DNA of 64,000 nt from positions 46,165-110,164 of the forward strand of contig JAWLBG010000007.1 of assembly GCA_041395065.1 (NCBI GenBank). Reading direction: 5' to 3'. A model generated the notes under the pieces. The model had not been told where the DNA came from and did no database searches. It saw nothing but the letters and a program-made list of their open reading frames with translations. The stretch comes from Prosthecobacter sp. (lineage in GTDB: Bacteria; Verrucomicrobiota; Verrucomicrobiia; Verrucomicrobiales; Verrucomicrobiaceae). Position numbers and translations under genes: made by a program. Below are positions 49,959 to 59,664 of the stretch, piece by piece (positions within the stretch are counted from its first letter, which is position 1; every line of letters starts with the position of its first letter).

Positions 49959-49982
49959 CGTTATGGTATGCGTTATGGCATG
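49959..49982 (+). promoter_or_regulatory. 12-bp tandem direct repeat, candidate antitoxin operator
   Basis: CGTTATGGTATG CGTTATGGCATG at the antitoxin start. Confidence 0.5.
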
Positions 49983-49988
49983 GCGACC

Positions 49989-50243
49989 ATGACGCACCGA
50001 ACGACCTTCGCGCTCGACGAGGGAACGACCCGCAGCATCAAGGCCCTGGCGAAGCTTTGGAAAGTTTCCCAGGCCGAGGTGGTGCGCCGTGCTGTGTCGC
50101 TGGCGGAGAAGCCGGTGAGCAAGGCCGATCCCGTGGTCCTGCTCCAGCAGCTCCATCACTCAGGTGAGGGACTCCCGGCCAAGGTGGCCAAGGCGTATCT
50201 GGCCGAGGTGCGTGAGGATCGCAAAAAGTGGCGGGGATCATGA
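49989..50243 (+). CDS. Ribbon-helix-helix antitoxin
   Basis: RTTFALD...LAKLWKVSQAEVVRRAV; ATGA-coupled to the PIN gene; start 49980 or 49989. Confidence 0.85.
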   Translation: MTHRTTFALDEGTTRSIKALAKLWKVSQAEVVRRAVSLAEKPVSKADPVVLLQQLHHSGEGLPAKVAKAYLAEVREDRKKWRGS

Positions 50244-50611
50244 TCTGCCTCGACACGAACTACCTGATCCTCGGCCTCGTTCCCGGCAGCCGGGAGAGCC
50301 AGGACCTCATCGCCTGGGCGCAAGCGGGCGAAACACTCATTACGGCGATGCCAGCGTGGTATGAATTCGCCTGTGGCCCCGTGACTGCTCCGCAAGTGAT
50401 CGCCATCCGTTCCTTCCTGCACGATCTCGTCCCGTTCGACGAACCCCAGGCCGCGGAAGCCGTGCGTCTCTTCAATGCCGCTGGACGCAAACGCGCCCTG
50501 CGCATCGACGCCATGATCGCCGCTACCGCCATCGTGGCAGGAGCGACGCTGGCCACCAACAATCGCACCGACTTCAACGCCTTCGTTCCTCTTGGGCTGA
50601 AGCTGGTTTGA
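50240..50611 (+). CDS. vapC: VapC-family PIN-domain toxin
   Basis: ICLDTNYLI, WYEF, DAMIAATAI, LATNN..DF. Confidence 0.9.
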   Translation: MICLDTNYLILGLVPGSRESQDLIAWAQAGETLITAMPAWYEFACGPVTAPQVIAIRSFLHDLVPFDEPQAAEAVRLFNAAGRKRALRIDAMIAATAIVAGATLATNNRTDFNAFVPLGLKLV

Positions 50612-50695
50612 CGATGGGCTGACTTCCCTCATGATGGGTTGACTGACTCAAGCTGAACCTATCTGCAGGTTCTGCGAACTGCGTCCATCCAGGGT

Positions 50696-53524
50696 TCAAG
50701 CCGCGACTTCAATCCGGCTGGTGCCGCCTGCTCCACGCAGGACGCGAACCTGGGTGGTCAGGCGTTCTTTGAGGAGATCGACGTGGGAGATCAGTCCGAT
50801 GGTCTTGCCGCGGGAGCGCAGGTTCTCCAGGGCGCTGAGGGCGATCTCCAGCGTTTCGGTGTCGAGCGTGCCAAAACCTTCGTCGATGAAGAGCGAGTCG
50901 ATGGGGTGATGGCGGCTCGCGAGTTCGCTCAGGCCGAGCGCAAGCGCGAGGCTGGCTAGAAAGCTCTCACCGCCCGAGAGACTCTCCATCGGCCGGTCCA
51001 CATTCGCCTGATACAAATCGACGATGCGCAGATCCAGTTCATCGCCGTCGGCGGCCATCAGCCGGTAACGTTCCGCCAGGATCTTCAGATGCTCGTTCGC
51101 GAGGCCGATGAGTTGCCGCAGCGTGAGCGACTGAGCGAAGCGTGAAAACTTCGCGCCATCCGCCGAGCCGATGAGTTCCTTCAAACGGCCCCAGCGCAAC
51201 GCTTCGGCCTCGGCCGCGTTGAGTTCCGCGCCGCCGCTGTCGCGGCGCTTTCGCGCGTCGTCGTCGTTCTTGATCTGCTGCTCGAGCGATCCGACTTCCT
51301 TGTGTTTCGCCGCAAAAGCCTCGTGCATCGCCCTCACTTTTGTTTCCATTTCCGCGAGTGCTTCCGCGCCGGGCACCGCCTGATCCGCGAAGGGCTTCCG
51401 TCGCGTCTCGAGCTGTTCCTGCTTCGCCTTTGTTGCCGCGAGGTCGGTTTGAATCTGCGTCAGCCTGGCTTCCGCATTGCGATGATCCGTCTCCGCGGTC
51501 AGGACGCGTGCTTCATGCTGCTGACGGTCCTCAGCCATCGATTTTCCGCCGAGCAGTTCGTTCAACTGAGCCTTCAGCGCATCCGCCTTGGCGCGCAGGG
51601 CCACCCCTTCCGCCTTCAGTTCATCGAGCCGCTTTGTTTTCGCCGCTTCGTCCTGCTTCGCGAGCTGCAACTCGCCATCAAGTTTCTGCCTTTCGCTGAG
51701 CTTCTGTGCGGCTTCCTGCTGCTTCCTGGCAAACGTGGTTGAATGCTTCTCCAATACGTCGAGTTCGCGTTCGATATGGAGTGGCGACGAATCGTCGCCC
51801 AACACCTCTTTGGAAAGGCGACGAATCGACGCCATTGCTGACACTGCGTCGCGCTTCGCCCGCTCTTCGACCTCCAACGCACCGACCTCCGGCGCCACAA
51901 CTTCACCCAGAGCTTTCCGCGCTTCCTCCACACGCTTATTCTCCGCCGCCAATTCCGCTTCTGTTTTCGCCAATTCACGCTCCAGCGTCGCGAGCGCCCG
52001 ATTCGTCTGCTCGCACTGCTTCTCCAGAGTGGCGAGCAGTTTCCTTGAGTTTTGAAGCTGCGATTCAAAACTCGCCCCGCTCGTTGCGAACGGATGCTCC
52101 GTGGCTCCACAGAGCGGACACGGTGAACCCTCCTTCAAATCGTGACGATGTTCATCGAATCCGGCGACGAGTTCCGCCTGCCGCGAGACTTCGCGCTGAG
52201 TTTGGAGGGCTTTGGCGAGGCGCTCGTGCTCGACACGATCCGCCTTGAGTTTGGCAGCGCTTTCCGCAGTCACTTTCACCAAGGCAGCCGCCCGGGTTTC
52301 TGACTCCGAGAATCGCGTTTTGAGCATTGTCGCCTCGGCATGACGTTTGCGACCGTCGGCGAGCTTTTCATGTGCCACACGCCACTCGCGCACGGAGATG
52401 CGAAGTTTTGGCAATTGATCGCCGAGTTCGGCATCCGCCGAATTTTCCTTCAACCAAGCTTCGAGTGCCCTTGCGGCATCGAGGTGGGCGACGAGTGTCT
52501 TCTCCGCAGTCTCGCGGCGTGAGGTCACGGCTTTTGTTTCATCGCGAAGCAGGCGATAGGCGTCTTGCGCTTTCTTCAAATGGTCTTCAGCCACTTGGCT
52601 TTCCGTTTCGAGACTGGTTGCCCGATCCCAGACCGGCTCACGCTGCGTGCGCTGCTGTTTCGCGGTTTCGGCGGATGCTTTGGTTTTGGAAACTTCCGCT
52701 GCCGCGTCTGTCAGCGTTTGCTGGAGCTGCTGCGCGATCGCGGCAAGTTTCGTGAGTTCGGCAACGATGCGCGAATGTTCCTGCTGTTCATTGAGGTGCT
52801 TGCTTGCGGCTGCATGATCGGTTTGCAGGCGCTCGGCGGCGACCCGGGCCTCGCTGAGATCGGTGGCAAGTTTCGCGCGCGCTTCTTCATCGAGCACGGT
52901 GACGGCGCCCAGCGCGAGCTTGAGCTGGCGGGCGTGCTCGTCCTTCTCGCGATGCGTTTCGTGGGCGAGGATGGAAAGGTCGCGGTAGATTTCGGTGCCC
53001 GTGATTTTCTCCAGCAGCTCGGCGCGCTCGTTCGGCTTCGCTTTCAGGAATGCTGCGAACTGGCCCTGCGCCAGCAGCACGGACCGCAGAAAACGCTGCG
53101 CGTCGAGTCCGGTGAGCGATTCCACAAGCCTGTTCATCTCGCCGTCCTTCTCCGCGAGGATCTCGCCCGTTGCCGCATTTGCGAGGCGACGCTCCACAGG
53201 CTGCAGCTTGCCATCCGCCCTGCCACGCGCACGACGCAGCCGCCAGGTGGCGCGGAGTTTTTTGCCCTTCGTTTCAAACTCCACCTCCGCCAGGCACTCG
53301 GCGGTGTGGCGGCTCATCATCTCATCCGCCTTGTCATTGCCGTAGCGTGCCGCGCGGCCATACAGCGCCAGCGTCATCGCATCCAGCAGCGTCGACTTCC
53401 CGGCACCTGTCGGTCCCGTGATCAGGAACACGCCCGCCGCGCTCAGGGCTCCCTCGTCAAACCGCACTTCGTGCGTTCCGCTGAGCGAGTTGAGGTTGTG
53501 GAGTCGGACGGCGAGCAGGCGCAT
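50696..53524 (-). CDS. sbcC: SbcC/Rad50-family SMC ATPase
   Basis: LHNLNSL, TGPTGAGKS, LAQGQF, central CPLC zinc hook, LSGGE, FIDEGFGTLD, ISH. Confidence 0.93.
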   Translation of the reverse strand: MRLLAVRLHNLNSLSGTHEVRFDEGALSAAGVFLITGPTGAGKSTLLDAMTLALYGRAARYGNDKADEMMSRHTAECLAEVEFETKGKKLRATWRLRRARGRADGKLQPVERRLANAATGEILAEKDGEMNRLVESLTGLDAQRFLRSVLLAQGQFAAFLKAKPNERAELLEKITGTEIYRDLSILAHETHREKDEHARQLKLALGAVTVLDEEARAKLATDLSEARVAAERLQTDHAAASKHLNEQQEHSRIVAELTKLAAIAQQLQQTLTDAAAEVSKTKASAETAKQQRTQREPVWDRATSLETESQVAEDHLKKAQDAYRLLRDETKAVTSRRETAEKTLVAHLDAARALEAWLKENSADAELGDQLPKLRISVREWRVAHEKLADGRKRHAEATMLKTRFSESETRAAALVKVTAESAAKLKADRVEHERLAKALQTQREVSRQAELVAGFDEHRHDLKEGSPCPLCGATEHPFATSGASFESQLQNSRKLLATLEKQCEQTNRALATLERELAKTEAELAAENKRVEEARKALGEVVAPEVGALEVEERAKRDAVSAMASIRRLSKEVLGDDSSPLHIERELDVLEKHSTTFARKQQEAAQKLSERQKLDGELQLAKQDEAAKTKRLDELKAEGVALRAKADALKAQLNELLGGKSMAEDRQQHEARVLTAETDHRNAEARLTQIQTDLAATKAKQEQLETRRKPFADQAVPGAEALAEMETKVRAMHEAFAAKHKEVGSLEQQIKNDDDARKRRDSGGAELNAAEAEALRWGRLKELIGSADGAKFSRFAQSLTLRQLIGLANEHLKILAERYRLMAADGDELDLRIVDLYQANVDRPMESLSGGESFLASLALALGLSELASRHHPIDSLFIDEGFGTLDTETLEIALSALENLRSRGKTIGLISHVDLLKERLTTQVRVLRGAGGTSRIEVAA

Positions 53525-53574
53525 GGATCATGCAAACATCGTTCCCGCCGGTTAGCCAACAGGAATCATGCCCG

Positions 53575-56500
53575 TCATCTCGCCACCCCGCCGGGCTTCC
53601 GGATCTTCATCAGCACAGGAAAGCTCGTCTGAAGGCCTGCGCTGTTGTGTTCGGCACGTGCGGAACTGAGGGCGCCGTGGATAAGTTTGTCCTGATCCTG
53701 CACCCACTTGGCGGCGCGGAAGAAGATGGGGCGCTCGTTTTCACCCGCGCGGATTTGCACGCCGTTGAGGCCGATGTCGTCGATGATCACGCCGTGGGGC
53801 AGGCCGTGCACGTCGAGGTTGATGATGGCGTCGTTGCCCTGTCGCACGGCACGGAGCCAGGCCTTGACGGTCTGGCCGGGCACGAGGGTGATTTCGAGCG
53901 GCTTCGTTTCGTCCTTGATTTCGCGCATGACGGGTTTGCCGCCGTTGTCGGGTTCGAGCACGATGATGAATTTCGGCTTTGCTCCGAGTGTGACTTTCCC
54001 AAAGCTGCCGGCATCGTGCGTGACGCCTCCGCCGTTCGCGGTGATTTTGAGCTGACTCCAATCAGCGTCGGCTTTGGCATCCGGCGCAGCGCGGAGTGAG
54101 CCGCTGATCAAATCGTGCCCGGCTTCGATGAGCATCGGCGATGTGGCAAAGTAGCCGGCGGGCAGTCCGGAAACCTCGATCTGAATGGGGTCGTCGAAAC
54201 CGTCGACACGCTCGGCGCGGAAGGAGAAACCGACGGCCGCGCCAGGCATGACGGTGGGGTTCATGCCGGCGAGTTTGACGCTGAAATCGGGCTTGGGCTG
54301 GCGAATGGAGAGTGCATACACAAAGCGCTCGCCGCTCCAGCCGCGCGTGTCGGTGACTTTGACAATGTAGCGGCCGTCGGCGGGCGCGGCGAAGGTGAGC
54401 CGAGAATCGCTGCCGATCTTTCGGTCGCCGCTGTCGTCATTGGCGTGGTGCACGGTGAACACGGGCAGGCCGTTTGGTGTCATCCGGTCGCCGATGGCGT
54501 GCGGTTCGACGACGTAGCAGTTTTCATCGAGCGAATGCGCCGTGGCGCTCGTGTCAAAGTAGGCGCGGCGTTTGCCGCCCGAGGTGTAGAAAAGGGTGCC
54601 GCCGTCTGGACCTCGCGGCTGGCGGAAAATCTTCATCACGTCACCATTGAAATAGACGTATTCGTTGAGCTCCATCTCCTCCCAGTTCTGCAGTCGGATA
54701 TCCGGGTTGTTGGCGTCGACACTGCGGAAGTTGTTGTAGCTGTCTCGGACGGCGCGGAGCATCAGTCGCGGCAGCAGCTCGCCCTTGGCGTCGAGCACTT
54801 CGATCTTCGTGTCCGCCGGTGAGCCGGCCTGGTCCGCGAGCGTTTCGATGATCCATGTCTGGCCCTTCTTCGCGTCAAAAGCGAAGCAGTCGGTGTCAGC
54901 GGCGGCGTTCACTTTGGAAAGCATGCCATTCACCGTGACGGGTGCCGTCACAAACTGAGCCTTGTCGATGTCGTCGTTGCCTTCGACTTCGCTCGCCTGC
55001 GCCATGCCATTCACACGCAGCACGGGCATGGAGCGGAAGCGCAGTGCCTTCGCATCGAGAGGCACGTTTGCCATGCCTTCTTTGTCCGGCTTCATCATCA
55101 CGCTGGCCTTCTCACCGAGATGATGGCCGATGAGCGTGACCTGCGTGTCCTTGCCGGCCTGTGCGGCGAGTGGTGACCAGGCGGTCACATACGGCAGCGC
55201 ACCAATCGTGAGGCGATAGGCATGATCAGCGCTGCCATCCATCGTGGTGTTGCTGACGATCACGATGTAGTCGCCGTCTGCGGGCGCCTTCCATGCGAGG
55301 AAGGGATCGCTGCCGCTGTCGAGACCGCGATTCACGGCGAGCACCGTGTGATTCGTGTCCATGATCTCCAGCGTGGGTGATTTCGCCTTGCTGCCGATCT
55401 GCGCGACCGCCAGATCGAGCACGAGTTCCTTGCCCGCCTTCGCGGTGAATCGATACGCATCGTGCTGGCCGATCTCCGTGAGCGTGCCCCACTGGCTTGC
55501 GGGCAGTTGCGCAACGGCGACAGGCGCGTCTGTGAAATCAGCGGCCTTCGTCACCACGGGTGCGATGTCGTCGGCATACACTTTCATCCGCGCCGATTCT
55601 CCGGCGGCAGTTTTCAACCACACATCGTAGGCACCGCGCGGCACGTCGGCACTGGTGGTGATTTTCAAGCGGGCGCTTGTTGGCTTGATCGAGCTTTTGG
55701 CGATCTGCACTTTGATTCCCGCATGTGAGGCAAACGCCTTCGTGTCCTCGGCGAAGTTCTTCCCGGCGAGTGACACCATCACGTCGCCGCCGATGTGCGC
55801 GGCGCACGGCGTGATGCGTGCAAGTTCGGGCTTCGCCGCCATCGCGGGTTTCGGAGGCGCGGGCGCCGTCACAAGCTTGCCGCTGGTGGAATCATAGACG
55901 GCGAGGCTGCCGTCGATGCGTCCTGCGATGAGCTGATCCCTGTCATTGAAGGCGATGGCTGCGGACCAGTCGGGCTGTTTTTCGAGCGGGACTTTTTCCG
56001 TGAGGTCGGCCGCGTTCCAGATCTTGAGCGCCTTGTCGGTGGAGGTCGAGGCGAGCCATTTGCCGTCGATGGAACGGGTGAGGTTCAGGATGCCGCCTTC
56101 GTGCGCGTAGTGACTCGTGATGATCTTGTTGGTGCCCTCCTTCGCGTCGGCGCTCACCTGCCACATGCGGATTCGATTGTCGTCCCCGCCAGCGTAAAGC
56201 CGTTTGCCGTCCGCGCTGAAGACGACGCTCGTCTGTTCCTTCGTTGGTTGCGAGAGCGTGTCGAGCCGCTGACCGCCGGGAATGCTCCACAGCTTCACCG
56301 TGCGGTCCGCGCTGGCGCTGGCGAGCACCCTGCCATCGGGACGAAAAGAGAGACCATTCACCGCGCCGTTGTGACCTTTGAGCAGCGCGACTTCCTTGCC
56401 CGTCATCGCATCCCAGAGACGAATTTTTTGATCGTAGGCTCCTGTGGCGATCAGCTTGCCATCAGGCGATACGGCGAGCGCATACGCGGCATCGAGATGG

Positions 56501-57186
56501 CCATCAAACGACTGCTGCAAGGTGCCGTCGCTCGTCTTCCAGCGCTTCACCTCACCCACGATGCCCGCCTCGCCGCCGGCGGCATACACGGCGTCGCCAT
56601 CCGGCGAAAACGCGATCGCGTTGGCCTTGCCCTTGAGGCCGGTGAGCTTGCGAATCACCGCACGCGTGACGGGATTGAGCAGTTCGACCTCGCCGTAACG
56701 TCCCACCGCGATGAGCTGCACCTTCGGCGAAAACGCCACCGCCTGAATCGAACGCTTCGGCGCCACCGTGGGCATGATCTTCGGCGTGATGACCTCCTTC
56801 GGCTTCGGTTTGCCTTCCGCCACGAGTGGACCCTTCGCACCCGCATCGATCCACGCCTTGATCAGTGCGATTTCCTCCGCTTTCAGCTTCTCGCGCTTGC
56901 CCGGCGGCATGAATTCGTTCTTCCCGCCGCGACCGGAACGGCCTTCAAGAAACTTCACGAGCATGCTTTCACCCGACTTGCCCGGCACTATCGCCACGCC
57001 TTCCTCGCCACCTTTCATGAGCGCCGCAAACGTGTCCAATGCGAACCCTCCATCCGCATCGTCATCGCTGTGGCAGTCGATGCAGTAAGTGTCCCACAGC
57101 GGGACGATCTGCTTCGAGTAGTCTATGGTTTGTGCGTGGGTGATCGTGGTGAGCGATGCGAACAGAAGGTAAACAAGGAGACGCAT
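53575..57186 (-). CDS. Secreted c-type cytochrome + WD40 propeller + PPC-like domain protein
   Basis: CIDCH, multiple GH...FSPDG...W repeats, EVEGND, DDSG..DSRL.F.APADG.Y. Confidence 0.9.
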   Translation of the reverse strand: MRLLVYLLFASLTTITHAQTIDYSKQIVPLWDTYCIDCHSDDDADGGFALDTFAALMKGGEEGVAIVPGKSGESMLVKFLEGRSGRGGKNEFMPPGKREKLKAEEIALIKAWIDAGAKGPLVAEGKPKPKEVITPKIMPTVAPKRSIQAVAFSPKVQLIAVGRYGEVELLNPVTRAVIRKLTGLKGKANAIAFSPDGDAVYAAGGEAGIVGEVKRWKTSDGTLQQSFDGHLDAAYALAVSPDGKLIATGAYDQKIRLWDAMTGKEVALLKGHNGAVNGLSFRPDGRVLASASADRTVKLWSIPGGQRLDTLSQPTKEQTSVVFSADGKRLYAGGDDNRIRMWQVSADAKEGTNKIITSHYAHEGGILNLTRSIDGKWLASTSTDKALKIWNAADLTEKVPLEKQPDWSAAIAFNDRDQLIAGRIDGSLAVYDSTSGKLVTAPAPPKPAMAAKPELARITPCAAHIGGDVMVSLAGKNFAEDTKAFASHAGIKVQIAKSSIKPTSARLKITTSADVPRGAYDVWLKTAAGESARMKVYADDIAPVVTKAADFTDAPVAVAQLPASQWGTLTEIGQHDAYRFTAKAGKELVLDLAVAQIGSKAKSPTLEIMDTNHTVLAVNRGLDSGSDPFLAWKAPADGDYIVIVSNTTMDGSADHAYRLTIGALPYVTAWSPLAAQAGKDTQVTLIGHHLGEKASVMMKPDKEGMANVPLDAKALRFRSMPVLRVNGMAQASEVEGNDDIDKAQFVTAPVTVNGMLSKVNAAADTDCFAFDAKKGQTWIIETLADQAGSPADTKIEVLDAKGELLPRLMLRAVRDSYNNFRSVDANNPDIRLQNWEEMELNEYVYFNGDVMKIFRQPRGPDGGTLFYTSGGKRRAYFDTSATAHSLDENCYVVEPHAIGDRMTPNGLPVFTVHHANDDSGDRKIGSDSRLTFAAPADGRYIVKVTDTRGWSGERFVYALSIRQPKPDFSVKLAGMNPTVMPGAAVGFSFRAERVDGFDDPIQIEVSGLPAGYFATSPMLIEAGHDLISGSLRAAPDAKADADWSQLKITANGGGVTHDAGSFGKVTLGAKPKFIIVLEPDNGGKPVMREIKDETKPLEITLVPGQTVKAWLRAVRQGNDAIINLDVHGLPHGVIIDDIGLNGVQIRAGENERPIFFRAAKWVQDQDKLIHGALSSARAEHNSAGLQTSFPVLMKIRKPGGVAR

Positions 57187-57217
57187 GAGAGGATGGGGTG
57201 AAGGCTGCGACTCGTGA

Positions 57218-59419
57218 TCAGTGATTAAACAAGAACTCTTTCGAGCCCATCAGGCTCCAGAAGATGTCTTCGAGGGTGGTGCGGCGGTCTTCGGGTTTCG
57301 CGGTGGCGAGAAGCTGCGTGGCTTGAGTGAGTTCGCGCTCGGTGGGCTCGCGGGTGAGCGTTAAGAGGTAGGCTTCTTCGATGATCTTTGCTTCGGGCTC
57401 CTTGCTGGAGAGCAGCGCGTCGAGGCGATTGCCCTTTTGCGCGAGCTTTTGATTGAGCGTCTCGCCGTTCGCGATGTTGAGCGCCTGAGCCATGCTGGGC
57501 TCGTTGGTGCGCTCGCATTCGCAGGTGGCGACGCGGTCGGCGCGACCGAAGCTCTTCAAGAAGTAGCTGGCGATGTTGCTGTCGGGCAGTTGCAGGGCGC
57601 GGAAGCCCATGGGGTAGCTTTCGCTGGTGCCTTTGTTGGAGTTGCGTTTGTCGATCTTGAAGGTGGTGGGCGCCGCGGTGACCTGGGAGATGGTGTCGAG
57701 GAGGATTTCCGCCTTCAGACGACGCGGCACATAGTGGGAACCGCAGCGCAGATCGGAGATGTTTTCGGCGACGGTGACGCTGCTGCGCTGGTAAGTCTCG
57801 CTCTGCAGAATGGCGCGCATGAGGGCCTTCAGGTCGAATTTTTCCGCCACGAGATGATCGCAGGCGGCGGCGAAGAGGGGCTCGTTGCTGGCGGGATTGG
57901 TGACGCGGAGGTCATCGACGGCTTCGACGAGACCTGCGCCGAAAAAGTTGGCCCACACGCGGTTCACGATGGCGCGCTGAAAGAGCTTGTTGTCGGCGCT
58001 GGTGAGCCAGTCGGCGAGTGTGATTCGGCGGTCCTCGGTGGAGGTCATCGACACAGGCTGCAAGGCGTCGAGCGGGCGCGGAGGCAGCGCCCTGCCGGTG
58101 AGCGGAGTCACGATGTCCCCCTGCGTATCGGCGAAAAGCACGCGCTCGTCGGGCTGGGAGCCGTTTTTCGTGCGGATGCGGGCAAAGAGGTTTGCGAAGG
58201 CGTAGTACTGCTCGTTAGTCCACTTTTCCATCGGGTGGTTGTGGCATTTCGCGCAGGCGATGGAGGTGCCCATGAAGGCGACGCTGACGGTTTCGGCGCA
58301 CTTGGTCGGTTCGTCGTTGAGGACGAAGAAGTTTACGCCGCCGTGCTCCAGCGTGCTGCCGGTGGCGGTGAGGAGATCGCGCACCATGGCGTCCCACGGC
58401 GTGTTGGCCGCGACGTGGCGTCTGATCCAGTTGTAGTACGACCACATCGCGGTGGGGGAGAGCTTGTCGCCGTTCACGAGCAGCAGGTCGCTCCAGCGAT
58501 GCGACCAGTAATCGACAAACTCGGGGCGCTGCAGCAGCGAGTCGACGAGGCGGTCGCGTTTATCGGCGGCTTTGTCCGCGAGGAAGGCGCGCGCCTCCTC
58601 CGGCGTGGGCAAAATGCCGATGGTGTCGAGAAAAGCGCGGCGCAGAAACTCGTGATCCCCGGCGCGTTGCGATGGCGGGATGTTGAGTTCGCGCAGCTTG
58701 GTCAGAACGTGTTCGTCGATGAAGTTGCGCGGCTTCAGTGCCGCGAAGGCACCGGCTTCGAGCCTGTTCGGCTGCGGCACGGTGACCGTGGTGATGGCGA
58801 GCCGGCTCAAATACCACGCGCTCACAGTCCCTTCGCCGCTGCCGGTCGTCTGGATGAGTCCGTCGTCATCGACGGTGGCCACACTGGCGTTGGTGGCGTT
58901 GAACTTGGCCCAGCGGGTGACGTCCTCGCTGTGTCCGTCGCTGAATTTCGCGGTGACTTTGAGCTGCAGATTCTTCCCCGCCTGCGTGACGACATGCGGA
59001 TGCGAAATGTCGAGCGACGTGATGCGCGGATCATCCGCCCGCGGTCCCGGTGCCCCTGCTGCGATCCAGTCGGCCACGGCCTTGTACTCCGGTGAATCCG
59101 CCTCGAATCGTTTGTCGCCCTTGTGGGGCACCATTTTCGTCGCCTTGAGCAGCAACAGACTCCGCGCCGGGTCCTCCATCGTCAGCCGGCGACCATTGGC
59201 GCTGCGCGTGATGGAGATCCAATCTCCCTCGTCATCAAATCCGCGCAGAGATAGCCGAAAACCTCCCTGTCCCGCCGCCGCGCCGTGACAGGCGCCCATC
59301 GCGCAACCGTAGCGTGTGAGGATCGGCTGGATGGTGTTGCGAAAGGAGGGTGCTTCCGCGGCGTGAAGGGCCGGGCCTGGCAGGAGCATCAAGAGCGGGA
59401 GAAAGCGGATGAAGTGCAT
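57218..59419 (-). CDS. DUF1549/DUF1553 protein with an Ig-like domain
   Basis: GCAMGACHG, NFIDE, FLRRA.LD..G.LPT, CAKCHNHP.EKW, VNRVW, TCECER, EFLFNH. Start ATG 59419. Confidence 0.92.
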   Translation of the reverse strand: MHFIRFLPLLMLLPGPALHAAEAPSFRNTIQPILTRYGCAMGACHGAAAGQGGFRLSLRGFDDEGDWISITRSANGRRLTMEDPARSLLLLKATKMVPHKGDKRFEADSPEYKAVADWIAAGAPGPRADDPRITSLDISHPHVVTQAGKNLQLKVTAKFSDGHSEDVTRWAKFNATNASVATVDDDGLIQTTGSGEGTVSAWYLSRLAITTVTVPQPNRLEAGAFAALKPRNFIDEHVLTKLRELNIPPSQRAGDHEFLRRAFLDTIGILPTPEEARAFLADKAADKRDRLVDSLLQRPEFVDYWSHRWSDLLLVNGDKLSPTAMWSYYNWIRRHVAANTPWDAMVRDLLTATGSTLEHGGVNFFVLNDEPTKCAETVSVAFMGTSIACAKCHNHPMEKWTNEQYYAFANLFARIRTKNGSQPDERVLFADTQGDIVTPLTGRALPPRPLDALQPVSMTSTEDRRITLADWLTSADNKLFQRAIVNRVWANFFGAGLVEAVDDLRVTNPASNEPLFAAACDHLVAEKFDLKALMRAILQSETYQRSSVTVAENISDLRCGSHYVPRRLKAEILLDTISQVTAAPTTFKIDKRNSNKGTSESYPMGFRALQLPDSNIASYFLKSFGRADRVATCECERTNEPSMAQALNIANGETLNQKLAQKGNRLDALLSSKEPEAKIIEEAYLLTLTREPTERELTQATQLLATAKPEDRRTTLEDIFWSLMGSKEFLFNH

Positions 59420-59664
59420 GGTCCGAATAGGAGATGAGCGGATGAAGACCACGGTGGGGGAACGGGTGGTGCACAGACCGGACGTCAAAGATACGACGCG
59501 GGGATGGGATTCTAAATGGAGGATACCACTTTGGCTTTGCGTGATTTTCATGATCACCGCCTTCCTTAGGCGGGCTGGCGTGCCGTTTTGTGTCCGATGC
59601 CTGCGCAAAATGCGCCTTTCCCTCGTTGCCCGCAGCCGTATCCCTTTCAAAATCACACTTCATC

